Positions 37,784 to 48,771 of a DNA stretch of 64,000 bases are shown piece by piece. Position numbers and translations under genes: made by a program. The DNA comes from Muribaculaceae bacterium (GTDB lineage: Bacteria > Bacteroidota > Bacteroidia > Bacteroidales > Muribaculaceae). The notes under the pieces are model-generated. The model ran no database searches. It was not told where the DNA came from and was given only the letters and a program-made list of their open reading frames with translations. The DNA lies in assembly GCA_022509085.1 (NCBI GenBank), contig JAFLTW010000002.1, forward strand, positions 54,455 through 118,454, read 5' to 3'. The first letter of the stretch is position 1. Every line of letters begins with the position of its first letter.

Positions 37784-38628
37784 AAAAGATAACAACCGCT
37801 TTCATGGGACTTGGCGTGGCTCTGGCAACTCTGATGCTCGGGGGCTGCACGCCGAAGAACATCACATACGTGCAAGACTTTGAGGAAGATGTCGTGATCC
37901 GCGACACCCAGCGCACCGCCATCCGCATCCAGCCGGAAGACAAACTCTCCATCATCGTACATTCCAAAGACCCCGAGCTCGCAGCCCTCTTCAACCTCCC
38001 CGTGGTTGCCAACAATACGCGCAACATTCAGGGCGTCAACGGCAGCGGCTCCATACAACGCACTTATGCATCTTCCGACGGCATGTCGTCCTACACTGTC
38101 TCCGCCCAGGGCACAATCGAGTTCCCCGTGCTCGGCACACTCCATATCGCCGGCATGACGCGCAACGAGCTCTCGGCCTTCATCAAGGGCGAGCTCATGG
38201 GCCGCGACCTGGTGAAAGACCCCACGGTGGTGGTTGAGTTCCTCAACTCCGGCGTAAGCATCCTCGGCGAGGTGCGCTCCCCGGGCCGATACGACATGAA
38301 CCGCGACAACATCACCGTGCTCGAGGCTATAGCTCTTGCCGGCGACCTTACCATACAGGGCAAGAGGGAAAACGTGAAGGTGATGCGCGAAGACACCGAA
38401 GGCAATGTCCATGTCTATGTGATCGACCTCACCAAGGGCAAGCAGATCATGAGCTCTCCCGGCTACTATCTGAAGCAGAACGACGTGATCTACGTCGAGC
38501 CCACCAACTATAAGAAACGCGAGACAACCGTCAACGGCAACTCTGCCCTCGCCGCCAGCTTCTGGATCTCGGCAGCCTCGCTCCTCACATCTATTGCCGT
38601 GCTCGTGGTAAACCTCACAAAGAAGTAA
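37780..38628 (+). CDS. wza: Polysaccharide export lipoprotein
   Basis: Lipobox LGGC; IQPEDKLSIIV; G.I.FPVLG; SLBB VSILGEV..PG. Confidence 0.93.
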   Translation: MKKITTAFMGLGVALATLMLGGCTPKNITYVQDFEEDVVIRDTQRTAIRIQPEDKLSIIVHSKDPELAALFNLPVVANNTRNIQGVNGSGSIQRTYASSDGMSSYTVSAQGTIEFPVLGTLHIAGMTRNELSAFIKGELMGRDLVKDPTVVVEFLNSGVSILGEVRSPGRYDMNRDNITVLEAIALAGDLTIQGKRENVKVMREDTEGNVHVYVIDLTKGKQIMSSPGYYLKQNDVIYVEPTNYKKRETTVNGNSALAASFWISAASLLTSIAVLVVNLTKK

Positions 38629-38699
38629 CCTGAGCCATACACACAAATACTTCACCACGGCTCTCTCCAATCCTAATTTTTCAGAAGGAATCTTAAAGT

Positions 38700-41120
38700 A
38701 TGATTGCAAATAACAGGTTGGCTAACCCTGATCAGGACATCGAATCCTTTTCGATGAAGAATTTCCTGTTGCTCTGCCTGGGCTATTGGAAGTGGTTTCT
38801 GCTCTCCATCGTGGTCTTCGGCGGCATCAGCCTCTTCTATCTTGCCCGCAAGCAGCCCGTCTACGAGCGCTCTGAAGAAATCCTCGTAAAAGACAAGGAA
38901 AAAAGCAGCGGAGTGGGAGAGGTCACCAACTCCTTCTCCGACCTCGGACTATTCGCCAACCAGACCAAAGTATACAACGAACTTATCTCTTTCACGTCGC
39001 CCGCGGTGATGATGGAGGTGGTAGACCGCCTGCATCTCGCCATGAACTATACCCACCGTGACGGCCTTAAGAGCTACACTCTCTATGGCACCAACCAGCC
39101 CGTAGTGGTTGAGTTTCCCGAACTCGGCGAGCAAGACAACGTGGGGTTGCGCCTCGAGCTCCAGCCCGACGGCCGCTTCGAGCTCAGCAAGATGTGGAGC
39201 ATCGAGCCCTCCGGCAGAGTGAAGTTTAAGGAGGAGGTGACCGGCCGCGTTGACGGTCCCGCAGTCAAGACGCCCCTCGGCCCCGTAAGGGTCATCACCA
39301 ACCCCGGATATCTCGCCCCTGAAGGCAATGGGATAGTGAAGGAGGAGATGGATATCGACATCTACCGCCAGGGACGCCTCCAGGCCGTGGAGAAATATGC
39401 CGCCATGCTTAAGGGCGACCTCACCGACCAGGATGCCGACGTGATCAACCTCTCCATACGCGACACCTCCGTGGAGCGTGCCGACGATATCCTCAACATG
39501 GTGGTCACCGTCTACAACGAGCGATGGATGGAGGATAAGAACAAGGTCTCCATCGCAACCTCGAAGTTTATCTCTGAACGCCTCAAGGTAATCGAGCAGG
39601 AGCTCGGCGAGGTCGATACAGACATTGCTCGCCAGAAGAGCGAGATGAAGCTCCCCGACCTCGAGGAGGCCACCAAGACCATCATGGCAAAAGACCTCCA
39701 GATCTCGGAGCAGGAGCTCCAGATGTCGTCGATGCTCGCCATGTCTACCTATCTTAAGGAGTATATCGAGGATCCGGCAAACGAGTATGCCATCATCCCG
39801 ATGAATACCGGTACGGAAAACGAGATTCTCGAAAAGCAGATCAGCGACTACAACAACCTGCTGCAGACACGCAACAAGCTTGCAGACAACTCTTCCGACC
39901 ATAACCCCCTGATCAATGATATCAACCGCCAGCTCAAGGGCCTGAAGAACTCCATACTCCGATCTACCGAGAGTAATATCAACAACCTTCAGAACGCCCT
40001 GCGCAACGTCCGCCGCAAGCTTGGCGAAAACCAGAATGTGATGGGCTCCAGCCCCCTCCAGGCTAAAAACCTCCTCTCAGTGGAGCGCCAGCAGCTCGTC
40101 ATGGAGGAGCTCTACCTCTTCCTGCTCCAGAAGCGTGAGGAAAACGAGCTAACCCAGACCTTCACCGCCGACAATACGCGCATCATCACCCCGCCATACG
40201 GTAAGCTGAAACCCGTGGCCCCAAAGAAGAGCCTCATCTTCATCATCTCTCTACTTTTCGGCCTCGGCATGCCCGCAGTTGTGCTCTTCCTCCTGGAGTC
40301 GTCTAACACCAAGATCCGCTCCAAGAAGGATATGGAGAATCTCCCCGTACCCTTCGCCGGCGAGATTCCACTCGTGGGCAAAGACCGCAAGTGGCTCAAG
40401 GCTCTCCAGACCAAGAAGAAGAAACAGAAGGAAATCGACAAGCCCAAGATTATCGTGGCCGAAGGCCTGCGCGACATCCCCAACGAGGCATTCCGGGTGG
40501 TGCGCTCCAACCTGGACTTCATGCTCGGGCGCGGCAACCATGCCATCTTTGCCCTCACTTCGTTCAACCCCGGCAGCGGCAAGTCGTTCGTGGCCTACAA
40601 CCTCGGTGCCAGCTTTGCACTCAAGGGTAAGTCGGTGCTCGTGATCGACGGCGACCTGCGCCACGGCAGCATCTCCGGCTACGTCAACTCCCCGCGCCGT
40701 GGCCTTTCGTCTTACCTCACCGGTTCTGAAACCGACTGGCACAAGCTCGTGGTCCACGTGCCTGATTTCAAGGACTTCGACGTGATTCCTATCGGCCATA
40801 AGCCGCCAAACCCTGCCGAACTTCTCGAAAACGGCCGTCTGCAGGAGCTCCTCGAAGAGGCTAAGCAGCAGTATGACGTGGTGCTTATCGACTGCCCGCC
40901 CGTAAATATCGTGGTAGACACACAGATCATCAACCAGTATGTCGACCGCACTATCTTCGTGGTGCGCGCCGGTCTGCTCGAGCGTGCCGCCCTCTCGGAT
41001 ATCGTAAACCTCGTGGAGGAAAACAAGCTCAAGAATGTCTCCGTGCTCCTCAACGGCACCAAGACCGAGTTCAGCTCCTACCACACCTATGGCAACTACG
41101 AGGCCATAGATAAAGGATAA
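38700..41120 (+). CDS. wzc: Polysaccharide co-polymerase/tyrosine kinase
   Basis: EAFRVVRSNL, TS..PGSGKS, LVIDGDLR, PPNPAELL, DCPP, C-terminal Tyr residues. Confidence 0.95.
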   Translation: MIANNRLANPDQDIESFSMKNFLLLCLGYWKWFLLSIVVFGGISLFYLARKQPVYERSEEILVKDKEKSSGVGEVTNSFSDLGLFANQTKVYNELISFTSPAVMMEVVDRLHLAMNYTHRDGLKSYTLYGTNQPVVVEFPELGEQDNVGLRLELQPDGRFELSKMWSIEPSGRVKFKEEVTGRVDGPAVKTPLGPVRVITNPGYLAPEGNGIVKEEMDIDIYRQGRLQAVEKYAAMLKGDLTDQDADVINLSIRDTSVERADDILNMVVTVYNERWMEDKNKVSIATSKFISERLKVIEQELGEVDTDIARQKSEMKLPDLEEATKTIMAKDLQISEQELQMSSMLAMSTYLKEYIEDPANEYAIIPMNTGTENEILEKQISDYNNLLQTRNKLADNSSDHNPLINDINRQLKGLKNSILRSTESNINNLQNALRNVRRKLGENQNVMGSSPLQAKNLLSVERQQLVMEELYLFLLQKREENELTQTFTADNTRIITPPYGKLKPVAPKKSLIFIISLLFGLGMPAVVLFLLESSNTKIRSKKDMENLPVPFAGEIPLVGKDRKWLKALQTKKKKQKEIDKPKIIVAEGLRDIPNEAFRVVRSNLDFMLGRGNHAIFALTSFNPGSGKSFVAYNLGASFALKGKSVLVIDGDLRHGSISGYVNSPRRGLSSYLTGSETDWHKLVVHVPDFKDFDVIPIGHKPPNPAELLENGRLQELLEEAKQQYDVVLIDCPPVNIVVDTQIINQYVDRTIFVVRAGLLERAALSDIVNLVEENKLKNVSVLLNGTKTEFSSYHTYGNYEAIDKG

Positions 41121-41125
41121 CACCC

Positions 41126-41860
41126 ATGGGAATCTGGCCTTTCACTTCTAAAGTGCCCTCCATCCGCGAGGCAGCGATGCTCGCCGGTACCACCGACTGG
41201 CATAGCCACATCCTCCCGGGCGTCGACGACGGCTTCAAGGAGATGGAGGAGTCGCTCAATGCTCTCCATGAGCTCGAGAAACTTGGCGTGAAGGATGTCT
41301 GGCTCACTCCCCACGTGATGGAAGACTATCCCAACGAGACCGCCGACCTCCGCAAGCGCTTCGAGGAACTCAACCTCGCTTTCCGGGGCGACCTCAGGCT
41401 CCATCTCGCCTCCGAGAACATGCTCGACGCCCTCTTCGAAGACCGTCTGGATGCCAACGACTTTCTGCCCCTCGGGGAAGCCGGAAACCATCTGCTGGTG
41501 GAGACCTCCTACTACAATCCGCCCATGAACATGATTCCGCTCCTCGAGAAGGTGAAGGCAAAGGGCTACTTCCCCGTGCTCGCCCATCCGGAGCGCTACC
41601 AGTATATGGACGAGAAAGACTATGAGAGGCTCAAGGAGTTGGGCGTGCTCTTCCAGGCCAACTACTTCTCGCTCATAGGCGCCTACGGCAACACGGCGCA
41701 GAAGAAACTCGAATGGATGCTCGGAAAGGGAATGATCGACCTCATGGGCAGCGACCTCCATAAGCTCCGCGTGCTCACCAATCTTGTGGACCGCAGTCCG
41801 CGAAAGAGGAAACACCTCGAGGCCATGAAGGCCGTGGGCGCCAGGAGCAATCACCTCTGA
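41126..41860 (+). CDS. wzb: PHP-family tyrosine phosphatase (CpsB/CapC type)
   Basis: DWHSHILPGVDDG, TPH, LAHPERY, GSDLH. Confidence 0.92.
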   Translation: MGIWPFTSKVPSIREAAMLAGTTDWHSHILPGVDDGFKEMEESLNALHELEKLGVKDVWLTPHVMEDYPNETADLRKRFEELNLAFRGDLRLHLASENMLDALFEDRLDANDFLPLGEAGNHLLVETSYYNPPMNMIPLLEKVKAKGYFPVLAHPERYQYMDEKDYERLKELGVLFQANYFSLIGAYGNTAQKKLEWMLGKGMIDLMGSDLHKLRVLTNLVDRSPRKRKHLEAMKAVGARSNHL

Positions 41861-41877
41861 TCCCCCCTCTCCCGGCA

Positions 41878-43416
41878 ATGGCCGATGCGGTTCAGTCTCG
41901 GGTAGGAAAGACCCTCCTCAACGCGAAGGTTAACTTCGTGTTCTACTTCCTTACACTCGTAGCTAACTTCATCTCGCGTAAGGTCTTCCTCGACCATCTC
42001 GGCGACGACTTCATCGGCCTCACGGGCACCCTGCTCAACATCCTGGGCTATCTCAACCTCGCCGAACTCGGAGTCAGCTCGGCCATTGCATTCAACCTCT
42101 ACAAGCCTCTTAAGGATGCCGACCAGGCCGGCATCTGCCGCATCATCTCGATGCTCGGCTACTATTACCGCAACATAGGGTTTGTGGTGTCGGCCGCGGG
42201 GGTCGTCCTCAGCGGATTTCTCTTCTTCATATTCCGCGACTCTGCCTTCCGCGACTACGGGGTGATCTATTTCGCCTTCTATTCCTTCCTCATCTCCTCG
42301 CTACTGGGATATTTCTTTAACTATAAGCAGGTGCTCCTCGTTGCCGACCAGCGCAACTACGTGGTGTCCTCCCTCTTCCAGTCGAGCAACATCCTGAAGG
42401 CCGGGGTGCAGATATTCGTGGCGGTCTATGTAGGCAATTTCTATCTCTGGATTGCCATCGAGCTCCTCTTTGCCGTGGCTTACAGCCGGGTGCTCAACGT
42501 CAGGATCCGGCGCGTGTATCCCTGGCTTAAGACCGATGTGCACGAGGGGAAGCGCATGGGCAAGGAGCGCCCGGACATCCTGCGCTCCACAAAGCAGGTG
42601 TTCGTGCATAAGATCAAGGACTTCCTGCTCACCCAGTCCGACCAGCTTTTCGTCTTCATCTTCGTCTCGCTGAAAATGGTGGCCTACTACGGCAACTACG
42701 TGCTCATCACCTCGAAAGTGATGCAGCTTTTCAACACGCTGCTCGACAGTGTGCTGGCCAGTGTGGGCAATCTTGTGGCCGAGGCCGATGCGGGGAGGAT
42801 GCTCAAGGTGTTCTGGGAACTGATGGCCGTACGCTATCTGCTGGCAGGCTTTATCTGCTACTGCCTATATCATCTCATCGATCCCTTCATCGTGCTCTGG
42901 GTCGGTCCGGAATACCTGCTCGGCAATGTGGTGCTTATGCTGCTGATGATAAATCTCTTCATCTTCATCTCGCGCGGCACTGTAGACAACTACAACTTTG
43001 CGTTCGGCCATTTCGCCGATGTCTGGGCAGCGTGGGCCGAGCTCATCATCAATGTCGGGGTCACGATTGTGTGCGGCTACTTCTGGGGCATTCCGGGTAT
43101 CCTGCTGGGCAAGACGGCGAGCATGATTCCCATCATCGTGTTCTGGAAGCCCTACTATCTTTTCCGTGACGGTTTCGGGGTGAGCTATCTGCGCTACTGG
43201 AGCGGCACTCTGCGCTATCTGGTCTGCTTCGCGCTCTGCGTCCTGGTAGCGGAGTGGGTGGTGAGGCGTGTCTCTATCGACCCCGCGCATTCTTTCGTCG
43301 ACTGGGGCCTTTATTCTCTGGTGGTGGCCGGTGTCTTCGGGTCGCTCTATGCTGTCTGCATACTGCTTCTCTGCCCCGGGGGGCGCCACCTCGTGGCGCG
43401 TCTGCGCCGGCGCTGA
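41878..43416 (+). CDS. wzx: Wzx-type flippase
   Basis: Multi-TM MOP-family pattern, LNLAELGVSSAIAFNLYKPL. Confidence 0.88.
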   Translation: MADAVQSRVGKTLLNAKVNFVFYFLTLVANFISRKVFLDHLGDDFIGLTGTLLNILGYLNLAELGVSSAIAFNLYKPLKDADQAGICRIISMLGYYYRNIGFVVSAAGVVLSGFLFFIFRDSAFRDYGVIYFAFYSFLISSLLGYFFNYKQVLLVADQRNYVVSSLFQSSNILKAGVQIFVAVYVGNFYLWIAIELLFAVAYSRVLNVRIRRVYPWLKTDVHEGKRMGKERPDILRSTKQVFVHKIKDFLLTQSDQLFVFIFVSLKMVAYYGNYVLITSKVMQLFNTLLDSVLASVGNLVAEADAGRMLKVFWELMAVRYLLAGFICYCLYHLIDPFIVLWVGPEYLLGNVVLMLLMINLFIFISRGTVDNYNFAFGHFADVWAAWAELIINVGVTIVCGYFWGIPGILLGKTASMIPIIVFWKPYYLFRDGFGVSYLRYWSGTLRYLVCFALCVLVAEWVVRRVSIDPAHSFVDWGLYSLVVAGVFGSLYAVCILLLCPGGRHLVARLRRR

Positions 43417-43447
43417 CACCTCTTCAGGTTGAAGCCTAAATTACTGC

Positions 43448-44272
43448 ATGAAAATGAAACTTACCATAATAACCATCAACTATAATAACCGCGAGGGGTT
43501 GAGCCACACTCTGGCGAGCGTTCGTAGCCAGCGTTGTCGCGACTTCGAGTATCTGGTGGTCGACGGCGGCTCCTCCGACGGCAGCCGTGAGCTTATCCTT
43601 GAGAATGAAGACATCGTATCATCCTGGGTGAGCGAGCCCGACGGTGGCATCTACAATGCGATGAACAAGGGCGTTGGCATGGCCTCCGGTGAGTATTGCC
43701 TCTTTCTGAATTCGGGCGATACGCTCCATTCTCCCGATGTGGTGGGCCGAGTGCTGGAGGCCGGGCTGGAGGCCGATATCGTATTCGGCCGTGTGCTCAA
43801 CGTCTGGCCCGACGGCCGCAGACGTGAGTATGTGCCCTCGCAGGAGATGACGCTTCATTGGATTATGCAGACGGGCATCCACCATGCCGGAGCCTTTATC
43901 CGTACGTCCCTGATGCGCCGTATTCCCTATGATGAGTCGCTGCGTATATGCGCCGACCGTAAGTTTTTCATCCGGGCGCTGGTGGTGGAAAACTGCACGT
44001 TTTCCACACTGCCATTCCTGGTGTGCGATTTCGAGGTAGGCGGCGTGAGCTCCACTTCCCCGGAGCGCGTCAGGGAGGAGAGCTGGGAGATTATGGAGAG
44101 CCTTTTCCCGCCTCGCCTGGTGGCCGACTACCGCAAGACCAACGTGCGCCTTCAGGCCCTCACGGAGCAGCTCGTGCCCTGCCGCAACAAGGTGATTGGG
44201 CTCGTGTGTGCCGTCGACCGTTTTATTCTACGGGTGCTGAGGTTGCTGCTGGGCCGAAGGCTCTACAGGTGA
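43448..44272 (+). CDS. GT2 glycosyltransferase (WcaE-like)
   Basis: [37 protein letters not shown]. Confidence 0.93.
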   Translation: MKMKLTIITINYNNREGLSHTLASVRSQRCRDFEYLVVDGGSSDGSRELILENEDIVSSWVSEPDGGIYNAMNKGVGMASGEYCLFLNSGDTLHSPDVVGRVLEAGLEADIVFGRVLNVWPDGRRREYVPSQEMTLHWIMQTGIHHAGAFIRTSLMRRIPYDESLRICADRKFFIRALVVENCTFSTLPFLVCDFEVGGVSSTSPERVREESWEIMESLFPPRLVADYRKTNVRLQALTEQLVPCRNKVIGLVCAVDRFILRVLRLLLGRRLYR

Positions 44273-44276
44273 ATTT

Positions 44277-44308
44277 TTTGCATAATCGCGCGGAATTGGT
44301 TAATTTTG
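44277..44308 (+). promoter_or_regulatory. Internal promoter upstream of fcl
   Basis: Perfect TTTG (44277-80)-N20-TAATTTTG (44301-08). Confidence 0.8.
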
Positions 44309-44346
44309 CAGTAGAAAAAGCGTTTTTTCGACATTCTATTGATCAT

Positions 44347-45273
44347 ATGATGCAGAAAGATTCAAGGATTTTCGTTGCGGGCCACCGCGGCATGGTGGGC
44401 TCGGCCATCGAGCGCTGCCTCCGCAAGGATGGCTATACCAACATCGTGACTCGCACCCACAGTGAGCTCGACCTCACCGACCAGGCTGCCGTTCGCGAGT
44501 TTTTCGCCTCCGAAGGGATAGAGTACGTGTTTCTCGGGGCTGCCAGGGTAGGAGGTATCGGCGCCAATTCGGCCCGTCCTGCCGACTTTATGTGGGAAAA
44601 CATGATGATCGAGATGAATGTGATCCATTCGGCTTGGAAGAGCGGTGTGAAGAAGCTTCTCTTTCTGGGCTCATCGTGCATCTACCCCAAGCATGCTCCC
44701 CAGCCCATGCCGGAGAGCTGCCTCCTGACGTCGGCTCTGGAGCCTACCAACGAGGCCTACGCCCTGGCAAAGATTTCGGGGCTGAAGTATTGCGAGTATC
44801 TCAACCGCCAGTATGGCACGGACTATATCTCCGTAATGCCCACCAACCTTTACGGTCCGGGCGACAATTACCACCCTGAGAACAGCCATGTGGCTCCGGC
44901 CTTCATCCGCCGTTTTCACGAGGCCAAGCAGCAGGGCCTGGAGGAGGTGACGTGCTGGGGTAACGGTTCGCCGCTGCGCGAGTTTCTCTATGTCGACGAC
45001 CTTGCGGAGCTCTGCGTCAAGCTCATGAACGAGTATTCGGGATGCGAGACGGTCAATGCCGGCAGCGGCAAGGAGCTCTCCATCCGGGAGCTCGCAGAGA
45101 CGGTGGCCGAGGTGGTGGGCTATAAGGGCCGCATCAAGTGGGATACCACTAAGCCTAACGGCACCCCGCGCAAGCTGCTCGACGTCTCCAAGGCCGCAGG
45201 CCTGGGTTGGCGCTATTCCACCGAACTGAAGGATGGTCTTCGGAAGGCTTACGAGGATTTCCTGACCCGCTAA
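44347..45273 (+). CDS. fcl: GDP-L-fucose synthase
   Basis: [46 protein letters not shown]. Confidence 0.96.
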   Translation: MMQKDSRIFVAGHRGMVGSAIERCLRKDGYTNIVTRTHSELDLTDQAAVREFFASEGIEYVFLGAARVGGIGANSARPADFMWENMMIEMNVIHSAWKSGVKKLLFLGSSCIYPKHAPQPMPESCLLTSALEPTNEAYALAKISGLKYCEYLNRQYGTDYISVMPTNLYGPGDNYHPENSHVAPAFIRRFHEAKQQGLEEVTCWGNGSPLREFLYVDDLAELCVKLMNEYSGCETVNAGSGKELSIRELAETVAEVVGYKGRIKWDTTKPNGTPRKLLDVSKAAGLGWRYSTELKDGLRKAYEDFLTR

Positions 45274-45342
45274 CTGCTCAACTGCAAGCTTCGCGCCGCA
45301 AACCAAACCGGGAGAACAAGCCACAAACCGGAAGAATAGAAG

Positions 45343-46650
45343 ATGATATATATAGCGATTTTCTTACTGATGCTTGTCGGGGTCTATGCCTTCGACTACC
45401 GCAAGACCCGTCAGTTCAGTCTGCTTTATTATCTTTTCTTTCTTGTGGTGCTCATCCTTATCTCGGGCCTGCGTTACCGTCTGGGTACGGACTCCGTGGT
45501 CTATGAGGGCTACTACGACCAGGTCCCCACGCTCTGGGAGCTCGGCCGATTCAAGTTCGACAGTACGCGCTACGAGCCGGGCTATATGGTATTCGCCTCC
45601 GTGGCAAAGACGATCTCGCCCGATTTCATGATGCTCCAGCTGCTCCATGCCATCGTGGTCAATTCCGTGGTGTTCTGGTTTATCTATAAGGTTACGCCCA
45701 ATAGGTTTCTTGGGCTCTCGTTCTATTTCATCATCCTTTACTTCAACCTCAACATGCAGGTGATGCGTGAGGCGTTGGCCGTCTGCTTCTTCCTGCTGGC
45801 GTGGCCTTCGTTCAGAGACGGCAAGTGGCTATGGTATTACCTGCTGGTGATTCCGGCAACCCTTTTCCATTCGTCGGCCATTCTGATGCTGCTTGTGCCG
45901 CTGTGCTGCCTGCCGGGTGTGCGCGAGCTTTTCGTATTCGGGCGCCGCACTTTCCTTATCTGCATCCTGGTGCTCGGAATCGGTATTTTTATCCAGACTC
46001 GATTCTCGCAGGTGTTCAACTTTATGGCAGTGACGGAGAGGATGATGGACCGTGTCAATGCCTATTCGGCAAATAAGCAGAGTGGCAACATTCTCAATAT
46101 CGCGGGTATGATAGGCGTGGTGTCTCAATTCTGCATCTATCCGCTCCTCGCGCTCTATTTCATGAATCAGAACCGGAGGTTCCTGCTTCATGGGCGCCAG
46201 GACTTTCTGCCGCGTAAAAACCGATTTAAGCTCACTCAGCAGGAGAAACGTGAGATTCGGGAGCAGAGGCGCGAGCAGCGCAGGGAAGACCGCGAGTTCT
46301 ACCGTTGGCAGATTATGGTGCTCCTCAGTGTCTACGTCATGATCTTCTCGGTCCCGATGTTTATCTTTGCGCGCTATTTCAACTATTTCGGTCTGTTCAG
46401 CCTGTGCACGGTAGCCACATGGGCTTTCAGCCGTCTCCGCGTCGGCACCAAGCGTATCAGGCTTCAGTTTGCAGGCTGGGTGCTGGCTCTGATCCCCTAT
46501 ATCGGCTTCAATCTGATGGCCTTCAATGCTCCGGCCAACCGGTCGGGCACGCTAAAGGTCTACCAGATCTATTATCCATACAAATCACGTCTCAATCCGG
46601 AAATGGACCCCGAGAGAGAGGCTATCTACCGGTATTTCAATGCGAGATAG
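45343..46650 (+). CDS. wzy: EpsG-family polysaccharide polymerase
   Basis: LRY.LGTD...Y..YY, EPGY, MREALA, FHSSA; multi-TM. Confidence 0.88.
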   Translation: MIYIAIFLLMLVGVYAFDYRKTRQFSLLYYLFFLVVLILISGLRYRLGTDSVVYEGYYDQVPTLWELGRFKFDSTRYEPGYMVFASVAKTISPDFMMLQLLHAIVVNSVVFWFIYKVTPNRFLGLSFYFIILYFNLNMQVMREALAVCFFLLAWPSFRDGKWLWYYLLVIPATLFHSSAILMLLVPLCCLPGVRELFVFGRRTFLICILVLGIGIFIQTRFSQVFNFMAVTERMMDRVNAYSANKQSGNILNIAGMIGVVSQFCIYPLLALYFMNQNRRFLLHGRQDFLPRKNRFKLTQQEKREIREQRREQRREDREFYRWQIMVLLSVYVMIFSVPMFIFARYFNYFGLFSLCTVATWAFSRLRVGTKRIRLQFAGWVLALIPYIGFNLMAFNAPANRSGTLKVYQIYYPYKSRLNPEMDPEREAIYRYFNAR

Positions 46651-47782
46651 AAAACTGCTTATAGTGGTCAATGAAGACCGTTTCTTCCTTTCCCACCGCA
46701 AGGAGGTGGGGGTGAGGGCCCGGGCCGCTGGCTGGGACGTCACCGTGGTAGCTAAGGATACCGGTGTGAAGGGGGAGATCGAGGCACTGGGCCTCAACTT
46801 TGTCGACCTTCCCATCAACCCTACGGGCAAGAACCCTCTCCAGGAGATGCGCGTGGTGCGCTTCCTGAGCAACCTGTATAAGAAAAACAGCGATGCCATA
46901 GTGCATCATGTCGGCCTCAAGCTCCTGCTATGGGGCAGTCTGGCCAGCAAGATGTCGCCGGTGAGGGGCACGGTCAATGCCCTCAGTGGATTGGGCACTC
47001 TCTTTACAGGCGAGCGCCCGTCGAGACTTATCTATCTGATGTATCCTCTGCTGCGTTTCTGCAAGCGCCGCAGCAAAAACATACATTATATCTTCCAGAA
47101 CAACGACGACCGCCAGGTGTTTGAAGACCAGAAACTGCTGGGCATCGACGACAACCACCTTATTCGCGGCGCCGGCATCGACCTCGAGAAGTTTGCCTAC
47201 CGGCCCATCCGCCACGGGGGCACCGTGAAGGTGGTGTTCACCGGGCGAATGCTCGAGGAGAAGGGCGTGCTCGACCTTGTGAAGGCTGCCGAGATCCTGC
47301 GTCCGAAATATGAGGGTAAGGTTGAGTTTATCCTCTGCGGGGCTCTCTCCAAAAATCCGTCGGCTCTCTCCGAGAAGGAGATCCGTGAGCTTACCGACGG
47401 CCGGTATATCAAGTGGCTGGGCTATCTGCCCGACGTCAGGAACGTCCTGGTAGACAGCACTATCTATTGCCTGCCGAGCCATCGCGAGGGCTTCCCGAAG
47501 TCGGTGATTGAGGCCTCTGCCATAGGGCGCCCCATCGTCACCTACAATTCTGTGGGCTGCCGCGACACTGTGGAGCAGGGGAAGAACGGGTTTAAGGTGC
47601 CTCTGCGCGACTATAAATCGCTTGCCGAGAGTCTCGATATGCTTATCTCCGATCCCGCGCTGTGCGACCGTATGGGAATGGCCTCGCGTAAGATTGCCGA
47701 AAAGACCTACGATATCAATTTCGTAGTGGGCAAACACCTCCAGATCTACGATCGTCTCTACCGTAACTCTAAGGAATCCTGA
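46640..47782 (+). CDS. GT4 glycosyltransferase
   Basis: FFLSHR, HHVGLK, GRML.EKG, PSHREGFPKSVIEA. Confidence 0.93.
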   Translation: MRDRKLLIVVNEDRFFLSHRKEVGVRARAAGWDVTVVAKDTGVKGEIEALGLNFVDLPINPTGKNPLQEMRVVRFLSNLYKKNSDAIVHHVGLKLLLWGSLASKMSPVRGTVNALSGLGTLFTGERPSRLIYLMYPLLRFCKRRSKNIHYIFQNNDDRQVFEDQKLLGIDDNHLIRGAGIDLEKFAYRPIRHGGTVKVVFTGRMLEEKGVLDLVKAAEILRPKYEGKVEFILCGALSKNPSALSEKEIRELTDGRYIKWLGYLPDVRNVLVDSTIYCLPSHREGFPKSVIEASAIGRPIVTYNSVGCRDTVEQGKNGFKVPLRDYKSLAESLDMLISDPALCDRMGMASRKIAEKTYDINFVVGKHLQIYDRLYRNSKES

Positions 47783-47796
47783 ACACCCTCCTGAAT

Positions 47797-48771
47797 ATGA
47801 GCATTCCTGCGCCCGTGCTTGCCATCGTGGTCCCCTGCTACAACGAGCAGGAGGTCTTTGCCGCTACGGAGCGGCAGCTCCGCGAACTCGTAGTGAGGAT
47901 GGCTGAGGAGGGACTGGTGTCGCCGCTGAGCTACGTTGCTTATGTCGACGACGGCAGCCGCGACCGCACTTGGGAGCTTATCGAGGAGGCTGCGCTGGCC
48001 CATCCGGACCTTGACCGCGGGGTGAAACTGGGCCATAATGTTGGCCATCAGAACGCGCTGCTCGCCGGCCTGGAGGCTGTGGAGCGTAGCTGTGACGCTG
48101 TGGTGACGATCGACGCCGATTTGCAGGACGACGTCAATGCCATACCGCGCATGGTGGAGAAGTATCGCGAGGGTTTCGAGATTGTGTATGGCGTGCGCGA
48201 CTCCCGGGAAGCCGACACATGGTTTAAGCGCAACTCGGCGCGTGCTTTCTATCTCACCATGTATAGGCTCGGGGTGGAGAGCGTAGACAATCATGCCGAC
48301 TTCCGCCTCATGTCGCGCCGCGCAGTCGTCGAACTGCTGAAATATAAGGAGCGCAACATTTTCTTGCGGGGCGTCGTGCCGCGCATCGGTCTGCGCCAGA
48401 CGCAGGTGGTCTACGACCGTCGGGCGCGTGAGGCCGGTGAGTCGAAATATCCGCTTCGTAAGATGTTGAATTTCGCTGTCGACGGCATCACGTCCTTCTC
48501 TATCAAACCCGTAAGGATGGTGTTCGCTCTGGGAGTGGTGTTCGTGGTGATAGCCCTCTTTATTTTCGTCTATACTCTCTGCCGCTATTTCGCGGGCGAG
48601 ACCATCGAGGGGTGGACTTCGCTCATGCTCTCCATCTGGTTCTGCACCGGTGTGCTCCTGCTGGGCCTGGGCATCATCGGGGAGTATGTGGGCAAGATTT
48701 TCCTGGAGGTGAAGGAGCGTCCGCGTTATGTGGTGGAGTCGCTCCGCGGTTTCGACGCTCCGGAGCTGTAG
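47797..48771 (+). CDS. GT2 polyprenol-phosphate glycosyltransferase (GtrB-like)
   Basis: VVPCYNE, DDGSRD.T, IDADLQD, ADFRLMSRR, two C-terminal TM helices. Confidence 0.92.
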   Translation: MSIPAPVLAIVVPCYNEQEVFAATERQLRELVVRMAEEGLVSPLSYVAYVDDGSRDRTWELIEEAALAHPDLDRGVKLGHNVGHQNALLAGLEAVERSCDAVVTIDADLQDDVNAIPRMVEKYREGFEIVYGVRDSREADTWFKRNSARAFYLTMYRLGVESVDNHADFRLMSRRAVVELLKYKERNIFLRGVVPRIGLRQTQVVYDRRAREAGESKYPLRKMLNFAVDGITSFSIKPVRMVFALGVVFVVIALFIFVYTLCRYFAGETIEGWTSLMLSIWFCTGVLLLGLGIIGEYVGKIFLEVKERPRYVVESLRGFDAPEL

